The notes beneath the pieces are model-generated. The model ran no database searches. It worked only from the letters and a program-made list of their open reading frames with translations, and had not been told where the DNA came from. Both the position numbers and the translations under genes were made by a program. A stretch of 64,000 nucleotides of DNA from Phoronis australis (lineage: Eukaryota; Animalia; Phoronida). The stretch covers positions 886,100 through 950,099 of the forward strand of contig NMRA01000096.1 in NCBI GenBank assembly GCA_002633005.1, in the 5' to 3' direction. Below are positions 26,301 through 39,203 of this stretch, in pieces (the first letter of the stretch is position 1; each line of letters begins with the position of its first letter).

Positions 26301-29300
26301 ATGAAATTTTCAAAATTCTACTTATTCTCACAAATATGAAAATGTATCAATACCGGGCAATTTGTTGTCGTAATAAAAACCGAGCATAAAAAACGGTACT
26401 TACTTCATGTGAGTACACTATTTTTTGACAGAATTCGCCACCGCTTTTCATATCTCTCGTGAGATTCACCAGATGTCGCTCACAATCGCTCGCATTGTTC
26501 AGCAACTTACATCCGCTGGACCCACCGCCGTAGGACGGCTTCATGATGACCGGGAAGGATAAGTGGTGAAGGGCGCCCAGCAGCTCTTCTTTGCTTGTCA
26601 CAGCATAGGTTTGCACTCCATGCTGAAGAAATTGTAATCATGAGAGTAGAGCCGTCAACGGTTAGTAATTGTAATGTACCTCTTTTAAAACAATGTGGGT
26701 GGAGAACTAACGGTAGATTCCAAGGCTTCTTCTTTTGCCCAGACATTCTGCATACACTATTAACAGGAATTTCCGATAAAGTGACCATCAACAGAAAACT
26801 GCCCATATGTGTTTCTTTTTTCGGAAACCAATGGCTACTTGAGATGTTTAGAATTCATTCCCCCAAAAATGTGTGCCATTAACTTTTTCATTTTGTTGTC
26901 CTTAAAAGGACCACTGCTTTTGTGCATAAATTGATCAATTTTAGGTTGAAAAGTGACACTTTGGGACCGTTCACAGTTATCCTTATTTTCACAAGTGTGT
27001 ATACCGTACGCTTTAGGGAGGGCGGACTTGGCTACTATAGCGTGTCTTGACGTTATAAAAATAGCGATGCCAAAAAAACAAAAGGTTTTATAATTACTTT
27101 TTCACATCGTAAAAACATAATGAAACAAATAACAGCAGAGTTTTCGCCAAGAACCAACCAGGCCTGCAGGGTGAACGACGTTTCGCAAGACTACATTTGT
27201 ACGGCGTTACTCGTCAGTGACCATCACTCACGGTCGCGAAAGCCACCGGATTCAATTAGTCTTTTTTACTGTCTCAATCGATCTACATCCGTATCACCTT
27301 GTAAACAGCCGATCTTACCTCGCCGAGATGTATCGCGTTAACCTGTGGGGAAGGTGAGAAACGAAGCAGCGACGTCAGTGGTTCCGGCTTGTGCGAACTA
27401 TGAAGCTGCAAGGAAAGCGGGTATTCGTTTTTTCGATTTCCTCGAGAGCCCATAATGCTTCGGAAGTAACTCGCGGTAGTGAAGTATGAAAAGTACGCCG
27501 TTAATACTAAGTATGAGGCCGTAAAATTTCTTCGCGTGTCTGTCAGTGGCCTGCACTTCGTCGGATCGATTGTTGATCCGTTTTTGATTATGGAGAATTG
27601 TAGTTGGCCAAGAAAACATAAGCAATTACAATTAATTCAAGGCGCGAGAACATAACGTTTTATATAACTTCTTGTTTGATGACTGGCTCGTTCGTTAGGT
27701 TTCTGTTTGGTCCCGGCTTCGGGTGTAGGATGTTTTCGCCACTTCTTTTTCTCACCCCTAAAAAACGTACATCGAAAGCACACCTTTTTTAGGTGCTGTG
27801 CAAAATCAGGATGCTCCGTGAGACACATCTGCGCTTCTCCAGGAATTCGCATCACTTGCGGAAGTTCGAGGCAGCAAACGGAAGCGTCATGAGTTAGCTC
27901 ACTGACACCATGACAAGTTCAAGCGGTTTTCTGAACTATTCATATGTTCTGTTGTCTGTGCACGCTCGCGGAACCTCTCTATTATTTCTTGCGGTAAATT
28001 GGTCCTAGGCCTAGCGAACTTTGTAGGCTACGGTACGTTAAAATACCTAAAATCCGTAACAGCAAAATAAAATAACACGTTTGTTTATTAACTCGATGTA
28101 TTTTTAAGGGTTTTATGTCGAATTTTGATGATTTATTTGTGTAAGACGATGAATTCAAGCGGTAAGCGTGTTGTGAACTGCTGAACAGACTGCATTCGAA
28201 CCTCTGACGTCATTGGGTAATTTCAACACCTTCACCTGCCGTCAGGTGTCAGGTAAAAGAGCTGAAGTTATCGAGTGGAACTACTCGATCTAAATTGATA
28301 CAAAATAGGTTGTTATTTGGGTGGCATTCTCCTTTAAGGCCGTTTTGTTTCCCCTCGCTCTACACCCACTCCACTGACGTGAATACGTAAAGCATAATTA
28401 TCATTTTCTACCTTTTATTACCTGGGCACGCTTTTTTTGCTGCAAAATGTATCTTTCTTCCGTTTAGAATAACATATGTTGTCAGATTGCAAGACTATTA
28501 GGATTGGCGCACATATTTAACGGTCGATAGCGTGACAGAAAACGAGCTAACTTCAAATTTGGCTGATATTTGAGAGCAAGGGCGTGACTGGGCTATATGA
28601 ACTGATTAAAAGTACGCGTTGAATAACCAAAAGTTCGCGTTGATTAAGGAAACTACGCGTTGATTAAGCACATTCCAACGCGCAGAAAGGCCTGGAACCC
28701 GATAAACAGACTAAATTGCAATATTGAAAATATTTTTTTGCCAGTGAAACTGAATTTAACCTGCTCATCAAATATTTTTTAGGGTTTGTTCATAAATATT
28801 TTTAATTTCTGTTGATATCAAAGATTTTCTTTTAGTTTCAAATTTCAAAAAACGATTTGTTAACTGCTCGCCACTTTGTCGATTTTTCTTTCACAAGGCA
28901 AAGCACGTCTCTTTATTTGGAATGGCAAGACATAGGAAATGGAAAATGTGACCTTCGACCACAAGTGACTTCAAGCAACTTACTGTGAGCATATGAGCGC
29001 ATTTATCATAGGTGGGAGGGAGATCAGAAACTCTGTGGTTACCACAGAGTTTTTCCTTCTTGCGTATTTCAAAAATCGTGAATTTGGAGATTCTTTCTGG
29101 AAATTTCTAGAAAGTGAATTACTTTGTACTAGACGTTGCGAGATGGTACTATGGTCAGGAATTGGTTAAAAGATAGTTTTGAGGGGCTTTCGCGTTCTAT
29201 GCCATGGGCGCTTCAGAGATAACACACTCGTACTCTTGCAAGTCGCTACTTACCGCCCATTTTATTTAGTTACATGACCTATATTACTTATATGAAGATT

Positions 29301-32300
29301 CCGACACTGATCCGGTGGGCGACAGTCAGTTGCCTGATCGGGACATTGTCTATTCTCTGTCTGCCAGGATTTGCTTTCAAAAATCAACAATCAATTAACC
29401 ATCGGGCAAAGTTAATTTTTCTTATCCCCAAGTGTTTTCTGATCTTAAGAGATACGTGGGATCTGTGCGTGGTCATGCTCCGGCTATATCCAATTGATAG
29501 TCCCCGTTGTGACACAAAATGTAGCACTCGACACATATGCCGAATGTGACAATACATGCCGTCAACATCGGTTCGAGTCTCGGTCGGGGGCAGAAATCTT
29601 TTCGGACTTGTATTTATTAGGTCACGTGATGTGACCAAAAAGACGGCGGATTGAACGGGATAAACTGCTTGCAACATCGCCATTTTTGCTCGGAACTCAA
29701 TATGTGTCGAGGGTGACACTGAGACAACACCCACGCTGGTGAATAACCATATCTGCGTTCTCGTTGTTCCGTTTAAGATGCGTTGCACTTTTAAAAATTT
29801 GATTGTTTTTGCCATCACTCAATATAAGAAAAGTGTGAAACTCAAATCCTTCCTTTGATCAATTGTAGAGCCTAATCGTTTCGAAACTCTAGAACCATTC
29901 CGTAGATCGTGACCTAGTCGTCTGCTCTTTTCGAGAATTGCAAATCTCCTAAGATTTTTGAACATTGCTGTAAACAAATATGTCACGCTTGTACACACGT
30001 ACTCCAGTTTCCTTACTTTCTGATTGGACTGTTACAAATTATGACGTCATCAAAATGCATATTACATGATTAAATATAAATTGGCCTCGTGAAACTTCGA
30101 TAGAGCCTACTTTTGATAAACCTTTGCTTTTAACATTAGTCCAAGACGATTACGAAATTGATAATCCAAGAAAATTGTTCTTACTTTGGAATAATTACTT
30201 GCACACAACACTTGCTGGCAGGCGAACTTGGACACGGCCGACTTCAAGCTTTGCACACTGTCACAAAGTAGACCCAAACTGGAGCAGATTTCCGCTTGAA
30301 CGAGACGCATTAGTTGGCTCATACATAAACAGGCGTCAATCTGAAACGAATGCAATTTAATTTATAGTTTGATGCCGTTTGCAAAAACCGAAGACTAGCG
30401 CGAAGGTCCGTGTCAGCCATCTTTGCGTCCGTGCGTTGCTTCATAATCTGAGAAGGTAGCGGAAACGTTTCGTGAAATCTAAACCGTGTGTCAGTCACGA
30501 TCTGAGGCTGGAATTTTTGTGAAGGCGCAGGAAGTGAACAAACGGGAGTCGGATTTGTTCCACCGAAAGAACCCGTTCACGACTCATGCATTTCCCAAGA
30601 TGCACAGAACGAGTCCTCGTCGTCTCCCTTCCTTTGTACAAGATACAACTTTGCGGCAATCTGGGTAAAAACTGGCTAAATAAACTAATTGGTTTACAGT
30701 ACTTTTGGACCTCATTTTTGGAATCGGTAGGAAATTTGCCTGTCTTCAGAATCTAATGTTGGCTTTTAAGTTTAGTTAGTCGTGCATCAGCAGGGAAGTG
30801 GTGGTTTTGGGGTAAAAAGTGCCGATTTTGTGTTTTTGCCCCTTTTATCTTAACCTACATTGCTTTTCAGTAGGAGTGAAAGGGCCAAAAATACAAGGCA
30901 TAATAAAGTTTCTGTGCTCATCTGTAGGGCTTTTGATTTGAAATTACTGAAAAAATTGTCATGCTTTGCATACGGTTTTCGACAGAGTGAAGAAAAGGTG
31001 ACGAATCCAGTGACATGTGTTTTGTTGCGCAAAACCCAGTGAAAACTGTTCTGGTCCCTCTTAGTTTGCAAGAAATACGAAGCGATGATGCCACGACACC
31101 TATAAGGCAAGACCCAGGGCTAGATTTTTATCACGTAACTTTCCAAATACACACGGCCGGAAATCCCTGTCAGGAAACTGTGGTCACTGCTCCACTGGCT
31201 GAGAAGAGTTGAGAAGAGTGTTACTAGGTGCCAACAGCTAGTTTTACGCTATATTGTCCTCTCATTTCATTGCTCAAATGAGGAAAACAAAGACTTTCGT
31301 GGGCAGACAGAATGATTCGCGATACACAAGCACATACAATAGACAATAGTCATTCTTCATCCGCAGACATTGGCGTTGTTTTGATTCCGAACCAAACAAT
31401 ACTATTTTTGTGAATGACTAAGGGATCCGCCGGGTTGAACGTTCCCTTATTGTTTTACAGGTAAATGTTAAGTATTTACTATGCGGGCTTGATGAGTTCA
31501 TCTACGAACATAACATATGGCGTACAGGCCAGTAGGTCAAATAAAAACGTTGGTCAATGAAGAAAGTCTTCTCTTGCCAATCATTGTCAATGCTGCACAG
31601 CCTTGCAGACTTCATACAAGCAACAAACTTGTTGGAAAAGATTTCCAAGTTTACATGTCACTATTCCGAAGGTTCACTACTCCATAGGTCCGCTACTCCA
31701 AAGGTTCACTACTCCGAAGGTTCGCTACCTTCAAAAGCTCACTACTTCGAATGTGTACAACTTCAAACCACAATTCCGACAGTTCATTACTCTAATTGTC
31801 TGCTAATGAGTCGGAACTGACATGAATAAAGTATTGTATTTTTGTCCATTTAGTAACCATTTAAAGGGTGTGCAAGAGTTGAAGTTCTTAAAACATTGAT
31901 TACATTATTTATAAATCAATGAGCTCAGTTCCTATCACTTCCACTCGGGATTCTTGAATCTAACTAACGACTCATTCAAGCATGGACATCTAGGGCACGG
32001 GTCAGGGCTGCGCTGATCAAAGGCGGTTTTAAAATTAAGATTAAATGGGACCCTCTTACTTCGTGGAGATTGGCGGGGACTTTTAACTTCATTAATTTTC
32101 TACCCGGTCGCGTGCGTGGTTTGGCAGTGGGTGAGGTTGAAGCGCAGCGGCTCTAAAGTTTTCAGTCTCGCTGTGAAATGATGTGATCTTGACAAGGATT
32201 TGATGATGTATCGTGGTTGATAATTCATCAATATTCCTACTTCATAATCTTTTAAAAATGAAAGTACTTACTCATTTTTCAGTATTCGTAAGACATGCGG

Positions 32301-34217
32301 GCAATTTCGCATGCACAAGAAATCCAAACAAAGTGTTTTAGTACCCGAGGGTTGTTTTCGGTATAGACACACCACTCAGTACATTTAATAGTCGTAGTAT
32401 CGTTAACTTTGCATGTAAAAGTGTATAAATTACACGCGAGTCCGAAATTTTTGATATTTTCGGAGTAGTGATCCTCCGGAGTAGTGAACCTTCAAAGTAG
32501 TGAACCTTCGGAATAGTGAACCTTATGAGTAGAGAACCTTCGAAATAGTGAGCTGTTCCCGTTTCCAGCGATGTAAGCAACTTAAACAACACGCAAATTT
32601 ACAACCAGATAAAATTTTCGTCAAGTCGTTCTCTCAGTGACTTCATATTTCCGCCCGAGTATGTAATGAGGTGTAATCACTCATTTAGGCTAAACAAGCC
32701 TGGTTTAAAAGTTTGGTAGTCGAGGTAAGGATTTTTGTTGCATTCAAGAGTTTAAATAAATCGTTAATTGGTCATTAATTAGTAGTCGTCTTAATTAATA
32801 ACCCCAGGCATTTTCGTGTCGTTAAGTTGCATCATTTTAATTTGGGTGGTGATTAGAATGAAATAAACTTGAAACGGATGGTGCACTCGTAATTTTATTT
32901 AAATGGATTTTTGGCCCTCTTTTGGACCCCACAGGGACCAAAGCCCAGGATTGCGTAACTTAAGATGCCTCTTTCGTTTAATGGTTGGTGATTTACAATA
33001 GAATTAAGCACTCAAACCTTTTTCACTCAAAAGTGTGAATAAACTCCTGCTGGCTCTCCAACTAACAGCACTGATTGAAAAGTGGCCAATACGTTTTAGG
33101 ATGGTGATTGCCAAGTGCACACCTTACACAGGGTCTCCGCTTGTGCACCAGACTACCTGACGGACCCTGCTTGATGCGCGATTACGTTTTGATAGAGAAA
33201 GTGTAGATCTATTTTAGGAGCCAATTTCTCAGAAAATGCCAAATCAGTAATTAACGCGTCAACATTGTAAGCTGCTCATACAGGTCTCTTAAAAAAACAG
33301 AAGTGAATACATTTTACACGCTCAACTGGTTTCGTAGGTCACATAGCATAGGCGGATTTAGGTTGCCGCAAGGAAAATGAAAGAGCAACAACGCGAAGCG
33401 TGAGGAAATATTGAGGCCAGTAAGAAGTAGGAGCGGTATCGAATGGGGGGACAGACAGCAAACAACCGTGTTCCCGTTTTTTTTTTAGTCCTCCGATAGA
33501 CTTTGCGAACAGGAAGTGCTCATCCTCGGACCCCCGAAACTTTCGGGCCGCGTGTGCATACAATCGCGCTTTGCCCAATTCCCCGAGACAACATATTGGC
33601 CCTCCTTATGTTATCCTAGATCCGCCACTGCATAGTAAGATATTTGAGAGTGAACGTGGTCACTATTTGAGCATATCATGTGCTTCGCTTGAAACGCATG
33701 CCGAACTCGGATCTCTCAAGAAAGTTGTTCTACGGGACCTCTCAAGTCCATGGGTGGCGCGCCATAGGGGGCTGGGGGAGGGGCTATAGCCCCACTTTTT
33801 CAGTGCTGTTCCGCCCATGGTCTATAGGCAGTGCACCACTCTGGGAGGGGGGGGGCTGGGGGCTTTAGCCCCCCACTTTTTTAGTGCTGCGCCGCCCATG
33901 AAGTCATAGTTTATACTTGCCTTTAGGTCGTTTGTCTGGAGCCATTCGATAACGCCGTCCGCTACTGCTTTCTCTGGTCGCTGGTCCCAGTTTTCCAACA
34001 CCCTTTCAGTGACAAATACATCCACAATGCCCATATCCGCGAGTTGCTCGATCCATACCTGATCCCCCGTTCTCGATTGAAGGACCATGTACAATGATTT
34101 CAATCCAAGGTTTTTTAACATTGCCCATACCGAAGTGTTCAAATCTGCTTCTTGTGTTATAAATAATCTGTTACCTATGTAAAGTAACCGCTTCTCCCTC
34201 AAAGCTAATTCCGCCAT
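23388..34217 (-). CDS. Carnosine-synthase-like (CARNS1-type) single ATP-grasp ligase, ~454 aa, 4 exons
   Basis: Exons 33921-34217 (MAELALREK...WLQTNDLK; GC donor AAG/GCAAGT), 30185-30340 (IDACLCMS...ASNYSK), 26404-26622 (HGVQTY...FPVIMKPSYGGGSSG...SHE) and 23388-24080 (VVVMPYIRGTKYSVD...AAFTCCRAVGLHNGIYDVD...LLEINPR...FRV*). All introns are phase 0 and the exons join in frame. The ATP-grasp K-P, GxGSxG and EINPR motifs are present. The 5' end could extend further upstream. Confidence 0.8.
29516..29721. mobile_element. Small MITE-like element with imperfect inverted termini
   Basis: Left ...TGTAGCACTCGACACATAT versus right ATATGTGTCGAGGGTGACACTG (reverse complement CAGTGTCACCCTCGACACATAT). 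Confidence 0.4.
31655..32560. mobile_element. Foldback-like element with inverted arrays of a 16-bp repeat
   Basis: The left array CACTA(C/T)TCCGAAGGTT has ~5-6 units at 31659-31750. The right array is the reverse complement (CGGAGTAGTGAACCTT, ~6 units) at 32460-32551 and ends GCTGTTCCC. Confidence 0.65.
33347..33630. mobile_element. MITE family 'CATAGGCGGATTTAG...CTAGATCCGCCACTG', 5-bp TSD
   Basis: Imperfect TIRs; TSD CATAG on both sides. Related copies are at 38860-39203, 42327-42601, 43258-43568 and 62584-62833. Confidence 0.85.
33749..33900. mobile_element. 152-bp dimeric MITE, 5-bp TSD
   Basis: TIRs CATGGGTGGCGC / GCGCCGCCCATG and TSD AAGTC on both sides. It contains two related halves (GGGGGCT..AGCCCC..ACTTTTT.AGTGCTG..CCGCCCATG). 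Confidence 0.8.
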
Positions 34218-36012
34218 ATGACCGCACAACACCGGAGACAGATCTTACCGTCGACTCACTACAGGGAATGGACTAGTGTAGGCTGTGTTTGCGCGCTGAC
34301 TTGGAGCGCGGCGAGGCTAAGGTCACGGGGGTACTCTGATATTCTTAGCGGGAGTTGTGCAACAGAAGCATTTGGATATTTCATGAGAGAAACACCCTTT
34401 CGTAGAAGTTTTGTTAGGATAATCTACAGTAAACAGTGTTTAATATTTGGATACATATATGAATTTGTTTTTATATACGCAGTTCAGTTGCCAACCAAAT
34501 TCTTGTTGCAGGAGTTTACACAAGGGGTAGCGTTTTTCGTCGGGCAAAGGCGGTTGCGCAACGCTCCTTTCTAAATGCGACAAAGCAGCTCAGTGGTTGC
34601 GTCACGGACAAAACGAAAAATGTAGACAAGCCGTAGAGTTACCTGCAAGGGTGCATTGCATGGTTTTTGATTTATATGTTTACTTCATTTATGCTCGACT
34701 GAATCATGGCGTACTGTGATGTAGCCCATGTGGGTCAACGTAGCTATACGTTCCCTGTTGTATGAAAACCGGACACATGTAGCCATATAGGCGATACGTG
34801 TGTAAGTACACCAACCCTAGAGGTCGTGTAAATGTAAATTTACGCAAGTGCACCTGGCACGTGTGAACGCCATTTAATCCAGGAAGGTCGGAATGGGATT
34901 TTATGATGATGATTAGGGAGAGTAGTCCATTCATCGCATTTTTAATTCACTTTCTCGCACATTCTCAGGACTAAAAACAGAAAACGATCAATTGTATTCT
35001 ATAGTGAAACAGCATTACACTGAACTTTCTCTACAAATCAAAAACCAGGTTTCGCAATAAATGAAGTAATGTACATAGAGTTGTTAACATGGTTGAAACA
35101 AATGTCAATGCCTATTGACATTCGTACCTCGGCGACATAGTGACGTTAATTTAACTTTTCATATTCAATTATGATATATCTATTTATCGAATGATTGTTT
35201 TTAAGAAAATTTTCGGATTAAAATTGTATAAACAGATTTTCGATGACATCTGTTAGACATGAAGTGACTTATAACTTATTCTATTTGTTGTTAATTCATT
35301 AATTCATTTATTGAATAGTTATTTGTTAGCTGACCGATTTATTGGGTTCAAAACAATATTCTGCCTCAGACAACAAAAATAATAACAGACCATAATTGAC
35401 TGTGCAAATTCATGTTATTTACTGAGTGAAAACTCCTTCGTGACAAACATTGAATAGTTTCGATAAAATAAATGCCTATCATAAACATATCTTCATTGTT
35501 TTATTTTTATTCTTAGAAGTGCCCACAATAGCGTGCTTCTTAGTGATCTCAGAAATCCAAGAACTGGACTTGAGAAATGTTCTGCGATGTGGCCATATTC
35601 AGAGTCACCTTTTGAAGGTTTGTTCCATAAAATGGGCATTTTTAACCTTTATGAACACAGGCTATGCATTTAGTGAAAAGCTCATTTTGATTGAATGTGC
35701 TTGAGTAATCTTGATCAAAATTGGTGAAAAAATATGATTTTAGACCGAAGTTAAGCAAATGTTTTTCACGAGATTCCATGTGCTCCTCCTAATGTGACAG
35801 TGACTCGCCAGGTCATTTTTAAACTCTTAAAATATGGTTAATAAGTTCCATCAGGTATGTTGAGTCAGACTGGCTTATAGAAACAAAACAAATCTCTTGA
35901 ATCGCAGAACAACATCAAGATTCTATTTTCTATACATGGTCTAGACAAGAAGACTTAGCCTTGAAAACTAGCCCATTGCACGAATGGTTTTAGGTATTGT
36001 GAATAGAGACCA

Positions 36013-36152
36013 GCCTCTCGTTCAGTAAAGCTAGGACCTCGCTAAAAAGCAAGACTTCGCGAGATTACGTGATATGTTGCCGTGAATTTTAAATGAGAAC
36101 ACGTGACTTTGGCTAAATTTTAGCTAGGTCCTAGCGTTACTGAACGCACGCC
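36013..36152. mobile_element. Short MITE with long TIRs
   Basis: CGTTCAGTAAAGCTAGGACCTCGCTAAAA versus TTTTAGCTAGGTCCTAGCGTTACTGAACG. Confidence 0.65.
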
Positions 36153-38859
36153 AAATTTACAGTGGACAATTGTGCACGCTATTCAATTACATAACTCAGT
36201 TTCAACATGGGCTAGAAAGCCAGTGTCGGTGACTAACACCACAAGTCGGAGCATACCCGCCAGAGAGTACCCTCTGACACAGCGCCACCTTTACTGAAAA
36301 GTGGCCCTGTGGAAACATGATGAACGAACACGGAATTCCGTGTGTGGCCCAACGCGCATACTTAGTCGGAAGTTTATCAATCACATCGCCACCACTTGCA
36401 ATCGCCTTCAATGTAGGCTACTGTACTTATTTGGGCTTAGCGACGGATCGGGGGTTTCCTTGATTTTATTTACTGACAAATCTCAAATCTTAGTAAATTT
36501 TGAAATAAGACTTAAATTTGTCTCGATACTGTTTCAGGAAAGAGATCTTATGTTTGAATTAAGTATTTGATAAAAGTTTTGTCTTAATTTTAACTATCTT
36601 ACCAGATGTGGAAGTTTCAAAGTATGGAAGTTAAGACAAATCCTAGACTTAAGTAAAAAATGAACTTAAGTCAGTTTCTTGGAACGAGCCCCTTATCTCA
36701 AAGGGCATTCTAATTCAAAAACTTAAATGTATGAACCAAATTAAGTGATATGTAACATAGCATAACGTTAACATCCTTTGTGTTATCAAACTAAAAGCCT
36801 TTTTAGTACAATTTTGTACCTCGGCCGAGATGGGAAAAACATCAACTATTCCCGTCTATTTCCGTGGCCTGAGTTCCTGTGTGTCAGTTCAAGAACTATT
36901 CCTGAATGCCCGGTCATGTCCTTGAAAGCGTATTGACATCACCGTGAGCGTAAATGCGTTGTTACTTTTTTGGTAGGTTTTGATTCCCATTTTGGTTCTT
37001 TTTATACAAACTTGACTATTTATTGTCCAAATTTTAAATGTTCTTTGCATATGACGAATGGTACTTTTAAGTGAACTAATTGTTCACAGTTTAAAAACTG
37101 TGAACAGTTAGTTCACTAAGGATTGTGACCAATAATTGCTATTTCTTGCTCGACTCCAGCAAGTCTTGGGTTTCAGTCATTGACAAAATTTTCCTTTGAA
37201 TATTTCTCCTTGCCATGGCAATGCATCGCGAGCTAAATATCGTGCGGTGTATTCACCTTTATCTGACATATCCTGTGCTTTTAACGACTCCAAATGAAAT
37301 GTAAATTGGTTCAAAGAAACATATTTGTGCAAGGTCGTCTTGAACGCAAACAATAACTTACTGAATGTTTCGGTGGCTGGAGAAGCGGTGCCATAAATTT
37401 CTGCAAGATTGACTACCAGCAAAGAAGTTTAGCTGTGAGCTGAACACTGAAGCTAGTTGTCTTGAGTTGCTGATCATGTGTATGTGTGCAGGTTGTTGAA
37501 ATAACGACGTTTTTGTCTAGAGTGAAAGAGCATTTGTATTACGGTCTCCGCTCTTGCATCGGGGAAGTCGTGAATATGTGATTTTGGGTAAAAATGGACA
37601 AAATTGCACTTTTTTAATCATTTTTGCCGTCTCATTTTTTTTCCGGTGGACGTAACCTAGGTAAAAGGACATGGCTTTGTGGAATTTCTGCATCAGTGAA
37701 AAACCCCATAGAGTGTACTTTCTGTCAGTTGTACCGGTACCTTTTCACAAGTGCTTTAAGACGGATTGCAAAAAAGACTTTCATTGACCCAGACCAATGA
37801 TAAAATTAAAATCAGTCAATCGAAATGTGGTCGTTGCACGTATTGGGACGAAAAATTCTTGCATCTATTTTACTGCCCTACACAACAAAACAAAATGATT
37901 ACGACACTGAAACGCCGTTCAGCGACTCTCCTTTAGCAGAGCTCTTAGTATGGTGAGTACGTTTAGCAATGCAAAATTCAAGGTCTGCCGCTAATCAGTT
38001 TTGTCGTCTGCTTCCATTCACTTACATCGAAGAATTTGAATTCTTGGTTGATGCACTGCCAAAATTACGAATAGCGTATTTCTTCGCATATTGTATCAAG
38101 TATTTATAAATGTAAAGATACTTATTTAACGTTTTTGTTTCAAGAGTTTTATTAATCTAGTAAATTTGATCGGATTAAAATGTGCCACGGCAACAATTTC
38201 TGGTCCCGTTTGTTTACAATTAAAACTTGTCAACTGAGCAGCTCTTCTCAAAAGCGTCCCTTAAAAGGCCCGTTGCTTGTACTTTGTATACGCCCTAGGT
38301 ATAGTGTGTTATTTAAAATAGTCGTTGAATAAGTCTACATAAATTTTGTAGTATACCCGTACACAAGTACTGAAGTTCCTCTTTATTCAAGCTTCGTTAG
38401 GAAAGGCTGGATGAAAACAAAGATGACAATTTTGATGACAGTTGCAACACTTTAAATAGATGTCGCTGTTCACCAACCATGGTTATCACTAACCCTGCCT
38501 CGTTCACTTCCTGTTGTTCATAGATCTACAAGTAATCCCGAACCGTAGGCTAAGGAACAGACGGCCAACACAACCAACCAAATTGCGAAAGCCATCGCCT
38601 GTGTGTTGTTGAAGTTCTTCACAAACATTTGTGACGAAAACTGACGTAGAAACTAATAGAAAATTGCATAATTACGCTATCTTCATTCTCTTCCCGACCC
38701 ATTTATAAGAAAAGGGTGACTTTTTGTATAGTTTTTTCCCTTTGTTGATAGTGCATCATTTTTTAAAAATGCATTAACGGTGTCGAATGCATTGATTTGA
38801 ACCTAAAATTAAATTAATTATAACATTATAAAATTTTAAAAATTATTTTTTTTTCTCTT

Positions 38860-39203
38860 AGGGGGGCAGGGCCCCCCCCCCCCTTGGATGCCGCAAGCAA
38901 AATTAAACAGCGTGAACTAAAGCGTGAGGAAATAATGAGTTCAGGAGCTAGCACCGGTTGCGCACGAAGGGGCGGGGGGCCAGACGCGGAAAGACGTTCC
39001 TTGTTTTTACTCCACCGATAGATTTTCTGGACAGGAGGTCTACATCGTCGGCCCCCGCCTGTGCACATACAACTGCGCTTTCCCCAATTCCCTAAGGATG
39101 TTGCCCCCCTTATGGTATCCTAGATCCGCCACTGCACGCGCTTTGCCCAATTCCCCGAGGCAACATGTTGCCCCCCCCTTATGGTATCCTAGATCCGCCA
39201 CTG
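38860..39203. mobile_element. Nested or composite copies of the CATAGGCGG...CCGCCACTG MITE
   Basis: Two right ends CTAGATCCGCCACTG (ending 39134 and 39203). The outer end is followed by ATATT, like the copy ending at 43568. Confidence 0.7.

Larger units (their letters stand above)
16776..28066. repeat. Direct duplication 16776-23259 vs 23261-28066 joined exactly at an N; probable haplotype overlap
   Basis: Both copies begin AGAGACGAACCAATGTCTG and end AAATCCGTAACAGCAAA, with the junction at the N (23260). Coding exons translate identically, introns differ by SNPs/indels, and the left copy carries an extra 1.7-kb LINE. Confidence 0.9.

Noticed and set aside
16776-28066. True tandem duplication of the ATP-grasp gene
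   Set aside because: The junction is exactly the N, exons translate identically and only one exon 1-2 set exists; a haplotype overlap is more parsimonious (kept only as an alternative).
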